A stretch of DNA of 64,000 nucleotides. Origin: Acidimicrobiales bacterium. Lineage in GTDB: Bacteria; Actinomycetota; Acidimicrobiia; Acidimicrobiales; JAHWKP01. Positions 52,516 to 63,981 of this stretch are shown here, in pieces; within the stretch, counting starts at the first letter, position 1, and each line of letters begins with the position of its first letter. Where the stretch lies: assembly GCA_035526705.1 (NCBI GenBank), contig DATLBX010000053.1:3695-67694 (forward strand), read 5' to 3'. The position numbers were made by a program, and so were the translations under genes. The notes under the pieces are model-generated. The model ran no database searches. It saw nothing but the letters and a program-made list of their open reading frames with translations, and was not told where the DNA came from.

Positions 52516-54999
52516 CTACAGCAGCTGACGAATGCGGCGGGCGTACTCCTGCGCGAGCGCCCGCGCCTCGCGGTCGGTTGGTCCTTCGGCCCAGATATGG
52601 GTGATGGGGTCGTCCGGGTCGGGAAGCACCAGCGCCCAGCCCTCGTCGTGGAGAACCTTCACGCCGTCGACCAAGAGGGTTTCCCTGTCGGGGAGTCGCT
52701 CGACGAGTGTCCGCATCACCGTGCCCTTCTGCTCCCAGGGTGTGACCACACGCTCGTGGGCCATGTGGACCGGAGGGACCTCGCTGACAACCTTGGATAG
52801 CCGCAAGCCCTGGCGCGCCAGCATGTCGAAGAGGTGAACCAGCGTGGCGGCCGCGTCGTATGCAGGGAGGAACCCGGGAATTATGTAGCCACCCTCCTGG
52901 CTGGCCGCGAAGTTGACCCCGCCCTCCGAGGCCACCTCCATCAGATGAGGTGTCGACAATTTCGTCCAGATGAGCTCAGCTTCGTTACGCCGGCACAGCT
53001 CTTCCACCGACCGACTGACGGCCACAGGTACGGCGATCCTCTTGCCGGGGCCGTCGGCCGTCACCAACTGGAGCAGAGCGTGCAGCGCCTCGTCATGGGC
53101 GAGGATCCGGCCGCTGTCGTCCACCAGAGTCAGGTGCTCACCGGGAGCATCGATGACGGCGCCCAGATGGGCACCCGAAGCGCGCACCAGGTCCGCCACC
53201 CGAGCCGCATGACTGGCGGCGTCGAAGGCGGTCGCGCCGGCGGTCGCGGCGTAGGGGTTCACCGCCAACACGTCGGCCCCGAGCTTCGACAGGACGTTCG
53301 GCATCACGAAGCTGGCCGATCCGTACGCGTAGTCGAGAACGACCTTGAACTCCGCCGCGACGATCGCGTCGGTGTCGACTGTGCTCATCAGCGCGTCCGA
53401 GTAGCGCTCGAGGGCGCGGGCCGGGAAGCCGATGTCACCGATTTCGCCGGCCATCGAGCGACGAAAGTCTTCGCGGTAGAAGAGGCGCTCGATCTTGCGC
53501 TGGGTGGTCTCGTCGATGTCGAGGCCGTCGGCGTCGAAGAACCTGATGTTGACCGACTGGGGATCCTCGTCATCGAGGCGCACGGTGAGGCCGCCTTGAC
53601 CTTGCGTGGCCCGCACCTGGAACCGAGTTACAGGAACCGTGGCGATTTCCAGGTCCGACACGTCGACCCCCGCCGCGTTCAGCCCGACCATGACGGCGCG
53701 CTTCAGAGCGCGGCCGGCGCGGCTGGAGTCGCGGGAGGTAGTTACGACGGCTCCCTTTTTTACGGTCGTCCCGTAGGCCATCGCCACTCGTACGGCGAGC
53801 TCCGGGGTGATGTCGACGTTCGCCAACCCGCTGACCCCGCGGCGACCGAAGAGGTGGCGAGCACCGCGTGACTCCCAGACAATCGAGGAGTTGATGATGG
53901 CGCTGGCCTCGACGGTCTTGAAGGGGTAGACCTTCACTCCCGGGTTGATGACCGCGTGCTCACCGACGAAGCACTCGTCGCCCAGCACCACGCCCTCCTC
54001 GCAGCGCGCCGCTTGGCGCAGGTCGCAGGAACGCCCGACGACGCAGCCCCGCAGCCGCACCCCCCGCCCGAGATACGTGTTGTCATGCACGATGGATCGC
54101 TCGATGTACGAGTCAGGCCCGACCCAGACGTTGGATCCGAGCACGCTGTACTCGCCGAGGTGCGCGCCGGCCTCCACGACCGTGTAGTCGCCGATGACCG
54201 CGGGGCCCACGATCTTGGCTGTGGGGTGGACCTCCGCCCCCTCCCCCAGCCACACACCTTCCCCGAGCGGGAAGCCGGGCACGTCGAGGGCAACTTTTGC
54301 GTCGAGCACGTCGCGATGCGCCGCCAGGTAAGCGTCGAGCGCGCCGACGTCCTCCCAGTATCCGTCCACTGTGTGGCCGAACAGCGGCTTGCCCTCGGCG
54401 AGGAGTGCGGGGAATACCTCTTCGGAGAAGTCGACCGGCCGGCCGGCGGGGATGAAGTCGAATATCTCCGGCTCCAGGACGTAGATGCCGGTGTTGATGG
54501 TGTCGCTGAAGACCTGGCCCCAGGTGGGCTTTTCGAGGAACCGCTCGATGGAGCCGTCTTCCCGCGTGATGACGATGCCGAATTCCAGCGGGTTCTCCAT
54601 CGCCTTCAACGCGATGCTGGCCAGCGCGCCGCGTTCCTCGTGGACCTTCACGACCGAGGTGAGGTCGATGTCGGTGAGGACGTCGCCCGAGATCACGAGG
54701 AACCGCTCGTCCAACACGTCCATCGCGTTGCGCACCGAACCGGCGGTGCCGAGAGGCGTCTCTTCGGTCGCGTAGACCATTCGAACGCCGAACTCCGCTC
54801 CGTCGCCGAAGTAGGTCCGGATGGCGTTCGCCATGAAGGCCACCGTCACCACGATCTCGTCGAAGCCGTGCTGACGGAGGAGTCCGACGACGTGTTCCAT
54901 CATGGGCCGGTTCGTCACCGGAATCATCGGCTTGGGTGCGTTCGAGGTCAGGGGGCGCAGGCGGGTGCCTTCACCGCCAGCCATGATCACCGCCTTCAC
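52516..54999 (-). CDS. Fusion protein: sugar-1-phosphate nucleotidyltransferase + left-handed beta-helix + phosphohexomutase
   Basis: MKAVIMAGGEGTRLRPLT start, a hexapeptide-repeat middle, and a C-terminal PGM/PMM-like region of about 450 aa. 827 aa. Confidence 0.8.
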   Translation of the reverse strand: MKAVIMAGGEGTRLRPLTSNAPKPMIPVTNRPMMEHVVGLLRQHGFDEIVVTVAFMANAIRTYFGDGAEFGVRMVYATEETPLGTAGSVRNAMDVLDERFLVISGDVLTDIDLTSVVKVHEERGALASIALKAMENPLEFGIVITREDGSIERFLEKPTWGQVFSDTINTGIYVLEPEIFDFIPAGRPVDFSEEVFPALLAEGKPLFGHTVDGYWEDVGALDAYLAAHRDVLDAKVALDVPGFPLGEGVWLGEGAEVHPTAKIVGPAVIGDYTVVEAGAHLGEYSVLGSNVWVGPDSYIERSIVHDNTYLGRGVRLRGCVVGRSCDLRQAARCEEGVVLGDECFVGEHAVINPGVKVYPFKTVEASAIINSSIVWESRGARHLFGRRGVSGLANVDITPELAVRVAMAYGTTVKKGAVVTTSRDSSRAGRALKRAVMVGLNAAGVDVSDLEIATVPVTRFQVRATQGQGGLTVRLDDEDPQSVNIRFFDADGLDIDETTQRKIERLFYREDFRRSMAGEIGDIGFPARALERYSDALMSTVDTDAIVAAEFKVVLDYAYGSASFVMPNVLSKLGADVLAVNPYAATAGATAFDAASHAARVADLVRASGAHLGAVIDAPGEHLTLVDDSGRILAHDEALHALLQLVTADGPGKRIAVPVAVSRSVEELCRRNEAELIWTKLSTPHLMEVASEGGVNFAASQEGGYIIPGFLPAYDAAATLVHLFDMLARQGLRLSKVVSEVPPVHMAHERVVTPWEQKGTVMRTLVERLPDRETLLVDGVKVLHDEGWALVLPDPDDPITHIWAEGPTDREARALAQEYARRIRQLL

Positions 55000-55008
55000 G
55001 GGCTCAGC

Positions 55009-55587
55009 CTACGGCGGGTTCTGAGCGGAGGTTCTCCGGTCCCGCAACGCACTCGCCGCCAGCGGCACGTAGCCCGCCGCGGCCCACCACCCGAGGACGA
55101 CGGCAACTGCCGCTGAGCCCCACGCGATCACGCGGGCGATCCCGGACCAGGAGAGGTCCGCGGCAGCGACCAGGAACATGGGCACGGACAGCATCAACGC
55201 AAAGGTTCCAGCCTTCCCCACCCAGAGAACGTCGATCCGCTTGGCACCGAGGAGCGCGAGCGCGAGCACGCCGATGGAGACAAGGGCTTCACGCACCAGG
55301 ACGACGATTCCGAGCCAGAGGGGGAAGGCGCCGTCGACCAGGACGGCTACCGCCGCTACGACGATGAGGACACGGTCCGCCACGGGGTCGAGCACCTTGC
55401 CCAGATCGGTCACCGTCCCCAGGCGCCGGGCCAGCCATCCGTCGAGCCAGTCGGTCGCGCCGAGAACCCCGAGCATCCACGCCGCGGCGTGACGTTCGTG
55501 ACCGACCAGGAGCACATAGGCGAACACGGGACTACCGGCGATCCGGGCCAGGGAGATCAGATTCGGAAGGGTGAACGCCTCCTTCAT
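55009..55587 (-). CDS. pgsA: CDP-alcohol phosphatidyltransferase (PgsA-like)
   Basis: DWLDGWLARRLGTVTDLGKVLDPVADR matches D-x2-DG-x2-AR-x8-G-x3-D-x3-D. Confidence 0.8.
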   Translation of the reverse strand: MKEAFTLPNLISLARIAGSPVFAYVLLVGHERHAAAWMLGVLGATDWLDGWLARRLGTVTDLGKVLDPVADRVLIVVAAVAVLVDGAFPLWLGIVVLVREALVSIGVLALALLGAKRIDVLWVGKAGTFALMLSVPMFLVAAADLSWSGIARVIAWGSAAVAVVLGWWAAAGYVPLAASALRDRRTSAQNPP

Positions 55588-56174
55588 GACGCGGGCGCGG
55601 ACGGGTGGACCTCGATCACCCGATAACCCTTACGCGAGCCGAGCTTGGTCGCGGGGAATCCGGTTTCACTCAGCCAGCGAATGAGGGAGTCCGACCCGAG
55701 GGAACGCTTCACCACGAGCCATCCGGCACCGTCGGGCTCGAGCCGGCCCAGCCATTCGCGCAGGAGCGAGTGCAGGTGCGGCTTTCCGGTGTGGAGTGGC
55801 GGGTTCGAGTAGATCGCGGCAACCCGGAGGTCCTTCGGCGCCTCCTCGGGCGCGACGACGCGGACGTTGCCCGCGCCGAGCCGCCGAGCGTTTGCTGCAG
55901 TCAACTCGCGCGCTCTGGGCGCGACGTCGACCGCCCAGACGGTCGCCTCCGGTGACTGTCGCGCGAGCGCGATGGAGATCGGACCGTAGCCGCACCCAAT
56001 GTCGACCAGATTGCCTACGGCGGGCGGGGGCGGAGCCTTCGCCAGGAGCACCTTGGTGCCTGGGTCGACATGGGCCACTGAGAACAGCCCCCGGTCGGTT
56101 TCGAGCTCCACCTCTTCTCCACCGGGGAGCTTGAACGGGATCCTCAAGAAACCCGGCGGCGTGCCGATGTTCAC
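55584..56174 (-). CDS. Class I SAM-dependent methyltransferase (RsmC/MTS small-domain type)
   Basis: VDIGCGYGPISIAL and IYSNPPLHTG (NPP motif). ATGA-type overlap with the pgsA-like gene. Confidence 0.75.
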   Translation of the reverse strand: MNIGTPPGFLRIPFKLPGGEEVELETDRGLFSVAHVDPGTKVLLAKAPPPPAVGNLVDIGCGYGPISIALARQSPEATVWAVDVAPRARELTAANARRLGAGNVRVVAPEEAPKDLRVAAIYSNPPLHTGKPHLHSLLREWLGRLEPDGAGWLVVKRSLGSDSLIRWLSETGFPATKLGSRKGYRVIEVHPSAPAS

Positions 56175-56259
56175 AGAGGTGAAGCTAAAGCAGGCACCGG
56201 TGGCGTTCGCGCCGCAGGTATTGGATTTAACCGAAGTTCAGGTCGGCAGGAGGAGTGAC

Positions 56260-56571
56260 GTGACGGGTTTGGACCACAAGGTGGAGAAGGACGACCGCTC
56301 CGCGACCGTCCACCTCGCCGGTGAACTGGACCTCTCGGTGGCCGACGAACTGCGGGACCTGCTCGATCGGCTCATCGTCGCAGGGCGCGCCCGCATCGAG
56401 CTCGACCTGAGCGACGCGAAGTTCGTGGACTCCCGCGCCATCGGTGTGTTGATCGGCGCCCAGAAGCGGGCGCAGGTAGTCGGGGGACGCATCTTGGTGC
56501 GCAGGCCGCAGGCGACCGTGCGTAAGGCGTTCGACATCCTCGGGCTCAGCCCTATCTTCGAGATCGACTGA
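56260..56571 (+). CDS. STAS-domain anti-sigma-factor antagonist
   Basis: GTG at 56260 after GGAGGAG. ATVHLAGELDLSVADELRDLL...LDLSDAKFVDSRAIGVLIGA...VRKAFDILGL. Confidence 0.75.
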   Translation: MTGLDHKVEKDDRSATVHLAGELDLSVADELRDLLDRLIVAGRARIELDLSDAKFVDSRAIGVLIGAQKRAQVVGGRILVRRPQATVRKAFDILGLSPIFEID

Positions 56572-56599
56572 AGCTGGGCGGCGCCGCCGTCGACACCAG

Positions 56600-57175
56600 C
56601 TACTTCTTACAGGAGGTGCCCTCCGGGGCAGCCGTCGGCACGATCACGTCGTCGATCTCGATGCCGTAGAGCTCGGCGCTCGTGTCGGAGTAGATGACGA
56701 AGCGCAGCTGGAATTGCCCCGCGGGAGCATCGAAGGGCACCTGAATGTCCGTGAATTCGGGCTGGGGGGTTCGGAATCCCTGACGGGGCTTCCACGTCTT
56801 GCCTCCATCCACCGAAATCTCGAGGACGGCCCGGTCCAGGGTGAGGCTCTCGTCGGGGTACCACTCGAACAGCCAACGGGCGCGAAGCTTGATGACACCC
56901 TTACCGCCACCCCATGTGTGCGGCTTGGATGTGAGCGTGTCGCCGCGGGCCTCGCCGCTGTTATAGAGCACGTTCTTCATGACATTGCTGGTGTTGGTGC
57001 TCGGCAGCTCGGTCGGCCCGTTCGTCCAGTTGCTGCCCTTCGCCTTGGGCTCCCATCCCTGCTGGCAGCCCTCGAAGTCGTACTTGAACTCCGCGGCGCG
57101 GGCGGGCAGGCCCGGGAGGACACCGAGGCCCAGTAGGGCGGTGATGAGGGCCGCTACGGCCATACGCATACGCAT
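56600..57175 (-). CDS. Secreted hypothetical protein (beta-sandwich-like)
   Basis: Internal ATG at 57175. Signal peptide [27 protein letters not shown]. No confident family (MAM/galactose-binding-like flavour only). Confidence 0.5.
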   Translation of the reverse strand: MRMRMAVAALITALLGLGVLPGLPARAAEFKYDFEGCQQGWEPKAKGSNWTNGPTELPSTNTSNVMKNVLYNSGEARGDTLTSKPHTWGGGKGVIKLRARWLFEWYPDESLTLDRAVLEISVDGGKTWKPRQGFRTPQPEFTDIQVPFDAPAGQFQLRFVIYSDTSAELYGIEIDDVIVPTAAPEGTSCKK

Positions 57176-57298
57176 GGCCTCATTCTTCCACCTCGGTGCC
57201 CGAAAGCCCTGCAAATGGCCGGTACCATGATCCGCCACGGGCCGCCGAAGTCCCGCTCAGCGAGAGAACGATCGAGCGCAGAGCGAGAGGACACACGC

Positions 57299-60200
57299 AT
57301 GGCCGAAATACCGGCGACGGCCGGGCGTGGGGGTGCGGGCCGGGTGCCATTTGCCCTCTACAACCCCGAGAGCGAGCACGACGCATGCGGAGTGGCCTTC
57401 GTGGCCGACTTGTCGCGACGCGGGCCCAGTCACCGTGTGATCGAGCTCGCGCTGGAGGCGCTGGGGAATCTGGCGCACCGGGGAGCGCTGGGCGCCGACG
57501 ACGGAACTGGTGACGGCGCCGGGCTGCTGCTGCCGCTCCCCCACGACTTTCTGAGGACTGTCGCCGGGCTGGAACTGCCCGCCGCGGGCGAATACGCGGC
57601 CGGCGCGGTGTTCCTCCCGGTCGACGAGGCCGAGCGCGTCGCGGCCCGAGCAGCGGTGGAGCGGATCGCCGCCGATGTAGGGCTCGGGATCCTGGGTTGG
57701 CGCGACGTAGAGGTGCGGCCCGAGATCCTCGGGCCGGGGGCGCGGGCTTCCCTGCCCTGGATCAGCCAGGTGTTCGCCCGATCGCTCTCCGATGAGCGGG
57801 GGATGGCCCTGGAACGCCGAGCGTTCGTATTGCGCAAGCGGGTCGAGCGATCGCTCGACGGCGTCTACCTACCGAGCCTTTCGTCGCGGACGCTCGTCTA
57901 CAAGGGAATGCTCAGTGCCCATCAGCTGCCCGCGTTCTATCCGGACCTGACCGACCCGGCGTTCAAGGGATCGCTTGCATTGGTGCACTCCCGGTTCTCC
58001 ACGAACACCTTCCCGAGCTGGCCACTGGCGCACCCGTTCCGCTATATCGCGCACAACGGTGAGATCAACACAGTGCGGGGCAACCGCAACTGGATGCAGG
58101 CCCGCGAAAGTCTTCTGGAATCAGATTTGATTCCCGGAGACCTCAAGACTCTCCTGCCGATCTGCACCCCGGGGCTGAGCGACTCCGCCACGTTCGACGA
58201 AGTTCTCGAGCTGCTGCATCTGGCGGGGCGATCGCTCCCCCACTCGGTCTTGATGATGGTTCCGGAGGCGTGGCAGCACCACGCGGCGATGGACGAGGAG
58301 CGCCGCGCCTTCTACGAGTTCCACTCGATGTTGATGGAGCCGTGGGACGGTCCGGCCTGCGTCACCTTCACCGACGGCACATCGGTGGGAGCAGTTCTGG
58401 ATCGGAACGGACTGCGACCGGCGCGGTGGTGGCAGACGGACGACGACCTGGTCGTGATGGCCTCGGAAGTCGGGGTGCTCGACCTTCCGGCGCGACGGGT
58501 CGTGGCGAAGGGACGTCTCAGCCCGGGCAAGGTCTTCCTGGTCGACACGGCTGCGGGACGCGTGGTCGACGACGGCGAGGTGAAGGCTGAGCTGGCCGGC
58601 GCCGAGCCATATGGGGCGTGGCTGCATGCGGGGGTGGTGCACTTCGACGACCTCCCGCCGCGCCGGCTCCTGGTTCCGCAACACTCCCAAGTGCTGCGCC
58701 AGCAGCGACAATTCGGCTACACGTCGGAGGAGCTGAAGTTGTTGCTGGCCCCGATGGCACGCGCCGGAGGTGAGGCGATCGGCTCGATGGGGACCGACAC
58801 GCCCATCGCTGTACTTTCCCGGCGCCCCCGTCTGTTGTTCGACTACTTCACTCAGCTGTTCGCTCAGGTGACCAACCCCCCGCTGGATGCCATTCGGGAG
58901 GAGATGGTTACGTCGCTCGCCGCGACGATCGGATCGGAGGCCAACCTGTTGACGGCTGGGCCCGCGTCATGCCGTCATCTGGCTTTGCCCTGGCCGGTGA
59001 TCGACAATCAGGAACTGGCTCGCCTGCAGTACATCAACGAGGACGGGAACCTTCCCGGCTTCCGAGCAGTGGTCATCGACGGGCTCTTCGACGCGGCGCG
59101 CGGCGGAGAGTCGCTCGGCGAGGCGTTAGCCGAGGCCCGGACGGCGGCGTCCGAAGCCGTGGCGGAAGGGGCGCGGATCCTGATCTTGTCGGATCGGTTC
59201 GCGACAGCGGAGAGAGCGCCGATCCCGTCACTGCTGATGGTCAGCGCCATCCACCACCACTTGATTCGGGAGCGAACGCGGACCCGAGTCGCACTCGTCG
59301 CAGAAGCAGGCGACGCGCGCGAGGTCCATCACTTCGCTCTGCTTCTCGGTTACGGCGCAGCGGCGGTCAATCCATATCTCGCGCTCGAGACCATCGACGA
59401 GTTGGTCGGAGACGGCGTAGTGGCCCTTACGGAGCGGCAGGCCCGGGCGAACTATCTGAGGGCGGCAGGCAAGGGAGTGCTGAAGGTGATGTCCACGATG
59501 GGCATCTCGACCATCGCGTCGTATCGCGGGGCGCAGGTCTTCGAAGCACTGGGGCTCAGCTCGGACGTCATCGCGGAGTACTTCACCGGTACGTCCAGCC
59601 GGTTGGAGGGCATTGGTCTGGACGGGATCGCGGCGGAGGTGTCCAGTCGCCACCGAAGTGCTTTCGAGGTTCGAGTGGATGACGGCCTGCTCGATCCGGG
59701 AGGCGAGTACCAGTGGCGCAAGAGAGGCGAGGAGCACCTCTTCGACCCGGAGACGGTCTTCCGTCTGCAGCACGCCACTCGGGAGAAGCGAATCGACCTG
59801 TTCAGGGCGTATTCGCAACGAGTCGACGAGCAGTCGGAGCGCCTACTGACGCTGCGGGGACTCTTCCGTCTCGACGTTCGCGACCGGACGCCCGTGGCGC
59901 TCGACGAGGTGGAGTCGATCGAGGCCATCATGCGCCGCTTCGCCACGGGCGCGATGTCGTACGGATCGCTCTCCGCGGAGGCTCACGAGACGCTGGCCAT
60001 CGCCATGAATCGGATCGGCGGACGTTCCAATAGTGGTGAGGGCGGCGAGGATCCCGCGCGGTATGTACCCGACGCGAACGGGGACTCCCGGAGATCCGCG
60101 GTCAAGCAGGTCGCCTCGGCCCGGTTCGGTGTGACCAGTGAGTACCTCTCCTCAGCCGACGACATTCAGATCAAGATGGCGCAGGGCGCCAAGCCCGGCG

Positions 60201-61864
60201 AGGGAGGGCAGCTTCCTGGCGACAAGGTCCATCCCTGGATCGCGAAGACTCGACACTCCACTCCCGGTGTGGGTCTCATTTCGCCGCCGCCCCATCACGA
60301 CATCTACTCGATCGAGGATCTGGCTCAGCTGATCTTCGATCTGCGCAATGCGAACCCGCAGGCGCGGCTGAGCGTGAAGTTGGTGGCCGAAACCGGTGTG
60401 GGAACCGTCGCGGCAGGGGTGGTCAAAGCGGATGCCGATGTCGTTCTCATCTCTGGTCACGACGGGGGCACGGGCGCGTCGCCGCTCACTTCCCTGAAGC
60501 ACGCGGGCGGGCCGTGGGAACTGGGACTGGCCGAGACGCACCAGACGCTGGTGGCAAACGGGCTGCGCGATCGCGTGGTCCTGCAGGTCGACGGGCAGCT
60601 CAGGACGGGCCGGGATGTGGTCATCGCCGCTCTCCTCGGTGCGCAGGAGTACGGGTTCTCGACCGCACCGTTGGTCGTGGCCGGGTGCGTGATGATGCGC
60701 GTGTGTCATCTGGACACGTGTCCGGTCGGGATCGCCACGCAGGACCCGTCGCTGCGTCAACGCTTCACCGGGAAGGCCGAGATGATCGTGCGGTTCTTCG
60801 AGTACGTGGCTACGGAGGTGCGAGAGCTGCTGGCCCAGCTCGGATTCCGGTCGCTCGACGAAGCCCTGGGCCGCGTGGACTGCCTGGACGTGGCCACTGC
60901 GATGGATCACTGGAAGGCCGAGGGATTGAACCTCTCGCCCATCATCGGCGCGCCCTCCGGATACGTACATGAGCATCAGGGGTCGCGCGAGGGGTCGCGC
61001 CGTCTGGGGCCGGTGTTGGATGACGAGCTGGTACGGAAGGCGGCACCGGCGTTGGCCACCGGGGAGACCGTCCACGTGATCACCGCGGTGCGCAACACAG
61101 AGCGTGCGGTCGGGACACTGCTCGGCCACGAGGTCACGAAAAGGTTCGGTGGAGGCGGACTGCCCGCCGACACGATCCTGGTCGACGCGGTGGGCTCGGC
61201 GGGGCAGAGTTTCGGTGCGTTCGTGCCGGCTGGCGTGACGCTCCGACTGGAGGGAGACGCCAACGACTACGTCGGCAAGGGCCTATCCGGTGGGCGCATC
61301 GTGGTGCGGCCCGCCAGCGAAGCGCACCCGCGGTTTGTCGCGGAGGAGAACGTCATCGCCGGGAACGTGTGCCTGTACGGAGCCACTGGCGGAGAGGCGT
61401 TCTTCCGCGGGGTAGTCGGCGAGCGCTTCGCAGTGCGTAACTCAGGGGCGGTGGCCGTAGTGGAGGCGGTCGGCGACCACGCGTGCGAGTACATGACGGG
61501 TGGCACGGTGCTCGTGTTGGGGGCCTGCGGGCGCAACTTGGGCGCGGGGATGTCGGGGGGCGTCGCCTACTTGCGCGGATCTGCCGAGAGCCTTCGAGAG
61601 AAGGTGAACCTGGAGATGGTCGACCTGGATCCGTTGGATTCTGATGACCTGCGCGTCGTCCAATCCTTGCTGCGCGGCCATCTCTCGGAGACCGGCTCCG
61701 CTACTGCCAGATGGTTGCTGAACGGTTGGCCGGATGAAGGGCTGGCCTTCGTGAAGGTCATGCCCAGAGATTTGAAACGGGCGCTGGCCGAGCGCGCCGG
61801 CCCCCCGGATGTGGAGCTGCCTGAGGGCACCCGCCGGCGGCCGATGGCTGGTGCGAATGCCTGA
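57299..61864 (+). CDS. gltB: Glutamate synthase large subunit
   Basis: [13 protein letters not shown] (N-terminal nucleophile Cys). FMN and GXGXG domains. About 1520 aa counted from the ATG at 57299. Confidence 0.95.
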   Translation: MAEIPATAGRGGAGRVPFALYNPESEHDACGVAFVADLSRRGPSHRVIELALEALGNLAHRGALGADDGTGDGAGLLLPLPHDFLRTVAGLELPAAGEYAAGAVFLPVDEAERVAARAAVERIAADVGLGILGWRDVEVRPEILGPGARASLPWISQVFARSLSDERGMALERRAFVLRKRVERSLDGVYLPSLSSRTLVYKGMLSAHQLPAFYPDLTDPAFKGSLALVHSRFSTNTFPSWPLAHPFRYIAHNGEINTVRGNRNWMQARESLLESDLIPGDLKTLLPICTPGLSDSATFDEVLELLHLAGRSLPHSVLMMVPEAWQHHAAMDEERRAFYEFHSMLMEPWDGPACVTFTDGTSVGAVLDRNGLRPARWWQTDDDLVVMASEVGVLDLPARRVVAKGRLSPGKVFLVDTAAGRVVDDGEVKAELAGAEPYGAWLHAGVVHFDDLPPRRLLVPQHSQVLRQQRQFGYTSEELKLLLAPMARAGGEAIGSMGTDTPIAVLSRRPRLLFDYFTQLFAQVTNPPLDAIREEMVTSLAATIGSEANLLTAGPASCRHLALPWPVIDNQELARLQYINEDGNLPGFRAVVIDGLFDAARGGESLGEALAEARTAASEAVAEGARILILSDRFATAERAPIPSLLMVSAIHHHLIRERTRTRVALVAEAGDAREVHHFALLLGYGAAAVNPYLALETIDELVGDGVVALTERQARANYLRAAGKGVLKVMSTMGISTIASYRGAQVFEALGLSSDVIAEYFTGTSSRLEGIGLDGIAAEVSSRHRSAFEVRVDDGLLDPGGEYQWRKRGEEHLFDPETVFRLQHATREKRIDLFRAYSQRVDEQSERLLTLRGLFRLDVRDRTPVALDEVESIEAIMRRFATGAMSYGSLSAEAHETLAIAMNRIGGRSNSGEGGEDPARYVPDANGDSRRSAVKQVASARFGVTSEYLSSADDIQIKMAQGAKPGEGGQLPGDKVHPWIAKTRHSTPGVGLISPPPHHDIYSIEDLAQLIFDLRNANPQARLSVKLVAETGVGTVAAGVVKADADVVLISGHDGGTGASPLTSLKHAGGPWELGLAETHQTLVANGLRDRVVLQVDGQLRTGRDVVIAALLGAQEYGFSTAPLVVAGCVMMRVCHLDTCPVGIATQDPSLRQRFTGKAEMIVRFFEYVATEVRELLAQLGFRSLDEALGRVDCLDVATAMDHWKAEGLNLSPIIGAPSGYVHEHQGSREGSRRLGPVLDDELVRKAAPALATGETVHVITAVRNTERAVGTLLGHEVTKRFGGGGLPADTILVDAVGSAGQSFGAFVPAGVTLRLEGDANDYVGKGLSGGRIVVRPASEAHPRFVAEENVIAGNVCLYGATGGEAFFRGVVGERFAVRNSGAVAVVEAVGDHACEYMTGGTVLVLGACGRNLGAGMSGGVAYLRGSAESLREKVNLEMVDLDPLDSDDLRVVQSLLRGHLSETGSATARWLLNGWPDEGLAFVKVMPRDLKRALAERAGPPDVELPEGTRRRPMAGANA

Positions 61865-63269
61865 TCCGCGGGGGTTCCTCGAGGTCGGACGGGCCGGGCC
61901 GCGACGTCGGCCCGTGGAGGAGCGCGTGCGCGACTGGCGCGAGGTCGACGTGCCCTTTGGCCGCCGGGAGGCGGGTGAGCAGGCGACCCGATGCATGGAC
62001 TGCGGGATTCCGTTCTGCAGCAACGGGTGTCCTTTGGGCAACGCCATTCCGGATTGGAACGACCTTGTCCGCACCGGGCGATGGGAGGACGCGGCGCGTT
62101 CTCTGCACGCCACCGACAACTTTCCGGATTTCACCGGTCGGATCTGCCCCGCTCCCTGCGAAGCGGCGTGCGTCTTGTCCCTCGGCGGCTTGGACCAGGC
62201 GGTGGCGATCCGGCAGGTGGAGTTGTCGATCAGTGAGCGGGCTTGGGAAGACGGGCTGGTGGTGCCGCAAACTCCTCCGACTTCGACGGGCCGGCGCGTC
62301 GCCGTTGTGGGCTCAGGACCCGCAGGACTTGCTGCAGCGCAGCAGCTGACGCGAGCCGGACATGCGGTGACGGTCTTCGAGCGCTCGGACCGTGCTGGTG
62401 GCCTCCTCCGATATGGGATCCCGGACTTCAAGCTCGAGAAGGCGGTGATCGATCGCCGTTTGGAGCAGCTGGAGTCGGAAGGGACGCGGTTCCAGTACGG
62501 GGTGGACGTCGGCGGTTCGGTTTCCGTCGAGGTCTTGAGGGGTGACCACGACGCTGTGGTCCTCGCTGTCGGGGCGACCGAGGCGAGGGAGCTGACTGTG
62601 CCGGGTCGCGACCTGGCCGGAGTCCACCTCGCGATGGAGTACCTGGAGGGCGCGAACCGATTGGGCGCGGGAGACTTCCCCGCGGCGCCGATTGATGCGG
62701 CGGGGAAAGACGTTGTGATCGTGGGGGGCGGCGACACCGGCGCCGACTGCCTGGGCACCGCCACTCGGCAGGGCGCGGCGTCGATCCGGCAGCTGCAGTA
62801 CCACCCCCGACCACCGGACCCCCAGGACAACGAGACCCCGTGGCCACTGTGGCCTCACGTTCTCCACTCGTGCGCGGCTTACGAGGAGAACGGGGACCGG
62901 CTGTTCGAGGAGTCCACTCAGGAGTTCGTGGGCGACGACGGCGGGCGACTGCGAGCCGTGCGGACGGGCGCTGCGGAGTACCCGGCCCAACTGGCTTTGA
63001 TCGCCATCGGCTTCACCGGACCAAAGTCAGGCGGCGCGGTCTCGGAGTTGGGTCTGAGGGTGAGCGCACGCGGGACTGTGGCAGTCGACGAGGGCTGGAT
63101 GAGCTCCGCGGACGGAGTGTTTGCTTGCGGCGATGCGACCAGGGGTCAGAGCTTGGTGGTGTGGGCTATCGCCGACGGGCGGGCGTGCGCGGCCGCGGTC
63201 AATCGTTGGCTGGATAGTCGAGGCCGCGGCGCAGATCCCGTACAAGATCGCCAACTGATTCGGCACTAG
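61857..63269 (+). CDS. gltD: Glutamate synthase small subunit
   Basis: ATG at 61857 overlaps the gltB end by 8 nt. [10 protein letters not shown]...[26 protein letters not shown]. Confidence 0.9.
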   Translation: MPDPRGFLEVGRAGPRRRPVEERVRDWREVDVPFGRREAGEQATRCMDCGIPFCSNGCPLGNAIPDWNDLVRTGRWEDAARSLHATDNFPDFTGRICPAPCEAACVLSLGGLDQAVAIRQVELSISERAWEDGLVVPQTPPTSTGRRVAVVGSGPAGLAAAQQLTRAGHAVTVFERSDRAGGLLRYGIPDFKLEKAVIDRRLEQLESEGTRFQYGVDVGGSVSVEVLRGDHDAVVLAVGATEARELTVPGRDLAGVHLAMEYLEGANRLGAGDFPAAPIDAAGKDVVIVGGGDTGADCLGTATRQGAASIRQLQYHPRPPDPQDNETPWPLWPHVLHSCAAYEENGDRLFEESTQEFVGDDGGRLRAVRTGAAEYPAQLALIAIGFTGPKSGGAVSELGLRVSARGTVAVDEGWMSSADGVFACGDATRGQSLVVWAIADGRACAAAVNRWLDSRGRGADPVQDRQLIRH

Positions 63270-63981
63270 CGCCGTCCAGAACCGCACGCATCAGGGCCGA
63301 CGCGACGATTACGCCGTCGGCATCGGCCGAAACCTGTGCGGCCTGAGAAGGTGTCGAGATGCCGAAGCCCATCAGGACAGGGCGATCGGTGGCGGCCTTC
63401 AGCCGGATGGCCAGTTCGCTCGTCGAGGCCGCGATGGTGGTGCGTTCCCCGGTGACACCCATCAACCCGACGCCGTAGACGAAGCCGTGGGCGCGGGCGC
63501 ATATTTCTTCCAGCCGATCGCGGGGCGTGACCGGAGCGGCAAGCAGAACTGTCTCGATACCGGCGGCGGCCGCATCGCTCTCCCACTCTCGGCTCTCTTC
63601 GAGGCATAGATCGGGGACGATCGCGGCCCCAACCCCCGCATCGGCCAGTCCGTCGGCGAAACGCTTGTGACCGGCCCGGAAGACGAGGTTGTAATACGTC
63701 ATCGCGACGAGCGGCACTCCGAGGTCTGCGCCACGCAGGTCGGCCAGGATGCTCTGCGGCGTGGTGCCCCGGGCGAGTGATGCCGACGACGCTTCCTGGA
63801 TAGTCGGGCCGTCCATCACCGGGTCGGAGAAGGGGATGCCGACTTCCAACGCATCCGCGCCTCCGTCCACCATCGCTCTGGCGACGTCGACCCAGTCGCC
63901 CCGCATACCGCCGGTCACGTAAGGCACCAGTAGCTTGCGCCCGCCGGCGCGGAGTTCCCGCAGCCGGGATTCGAGTTGCAC
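63199..63981 (-). CDS. trpA: Tryptophan synthase alpha chain
   Basis: LVPYVTGG...ADALEVGIPFSDPVMDGPTIQ...GFGISTP. GTG start at 63981. Confidence 0.9.
   Translation of the reverse strand: MQLESRLRELRAGGRKLLVPYVTGGMRGDWVDVARAMVDGGADALEVGIPFSDPVMDGPTIQEASSASLARGTTPQSILADLRGADLGVPLVAMTYYNLVFRAGHKRFADGLADAGVGAAIVPDLCLEESREWESDAAAAGIETVLLAAPVTPRDRLEEICARAHGFVYGVGLMGVTGERTTIAASTSELAIRLKAATDRPVLMGFGISTPSQAAQVSADADGVIVASALMRAVLDGASAESVGDLVRDLRRGLDYPAND

Noticed and set aside
57320-57350. GGCCGGGCGTGGGGGTGCGGGCCGGGTGCC near the gltB start, and GCGGCCCCAACCCCCGC at about 63620 in trpA, considered as further repeat copies.
   Set aside because: Similarity to the repeat modules is short and partial. Both lie inside coding sequence (a poorly conserved N-terminal extension in gltB, conserved sequence in trpA). 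They are most likely compositional coincidence.
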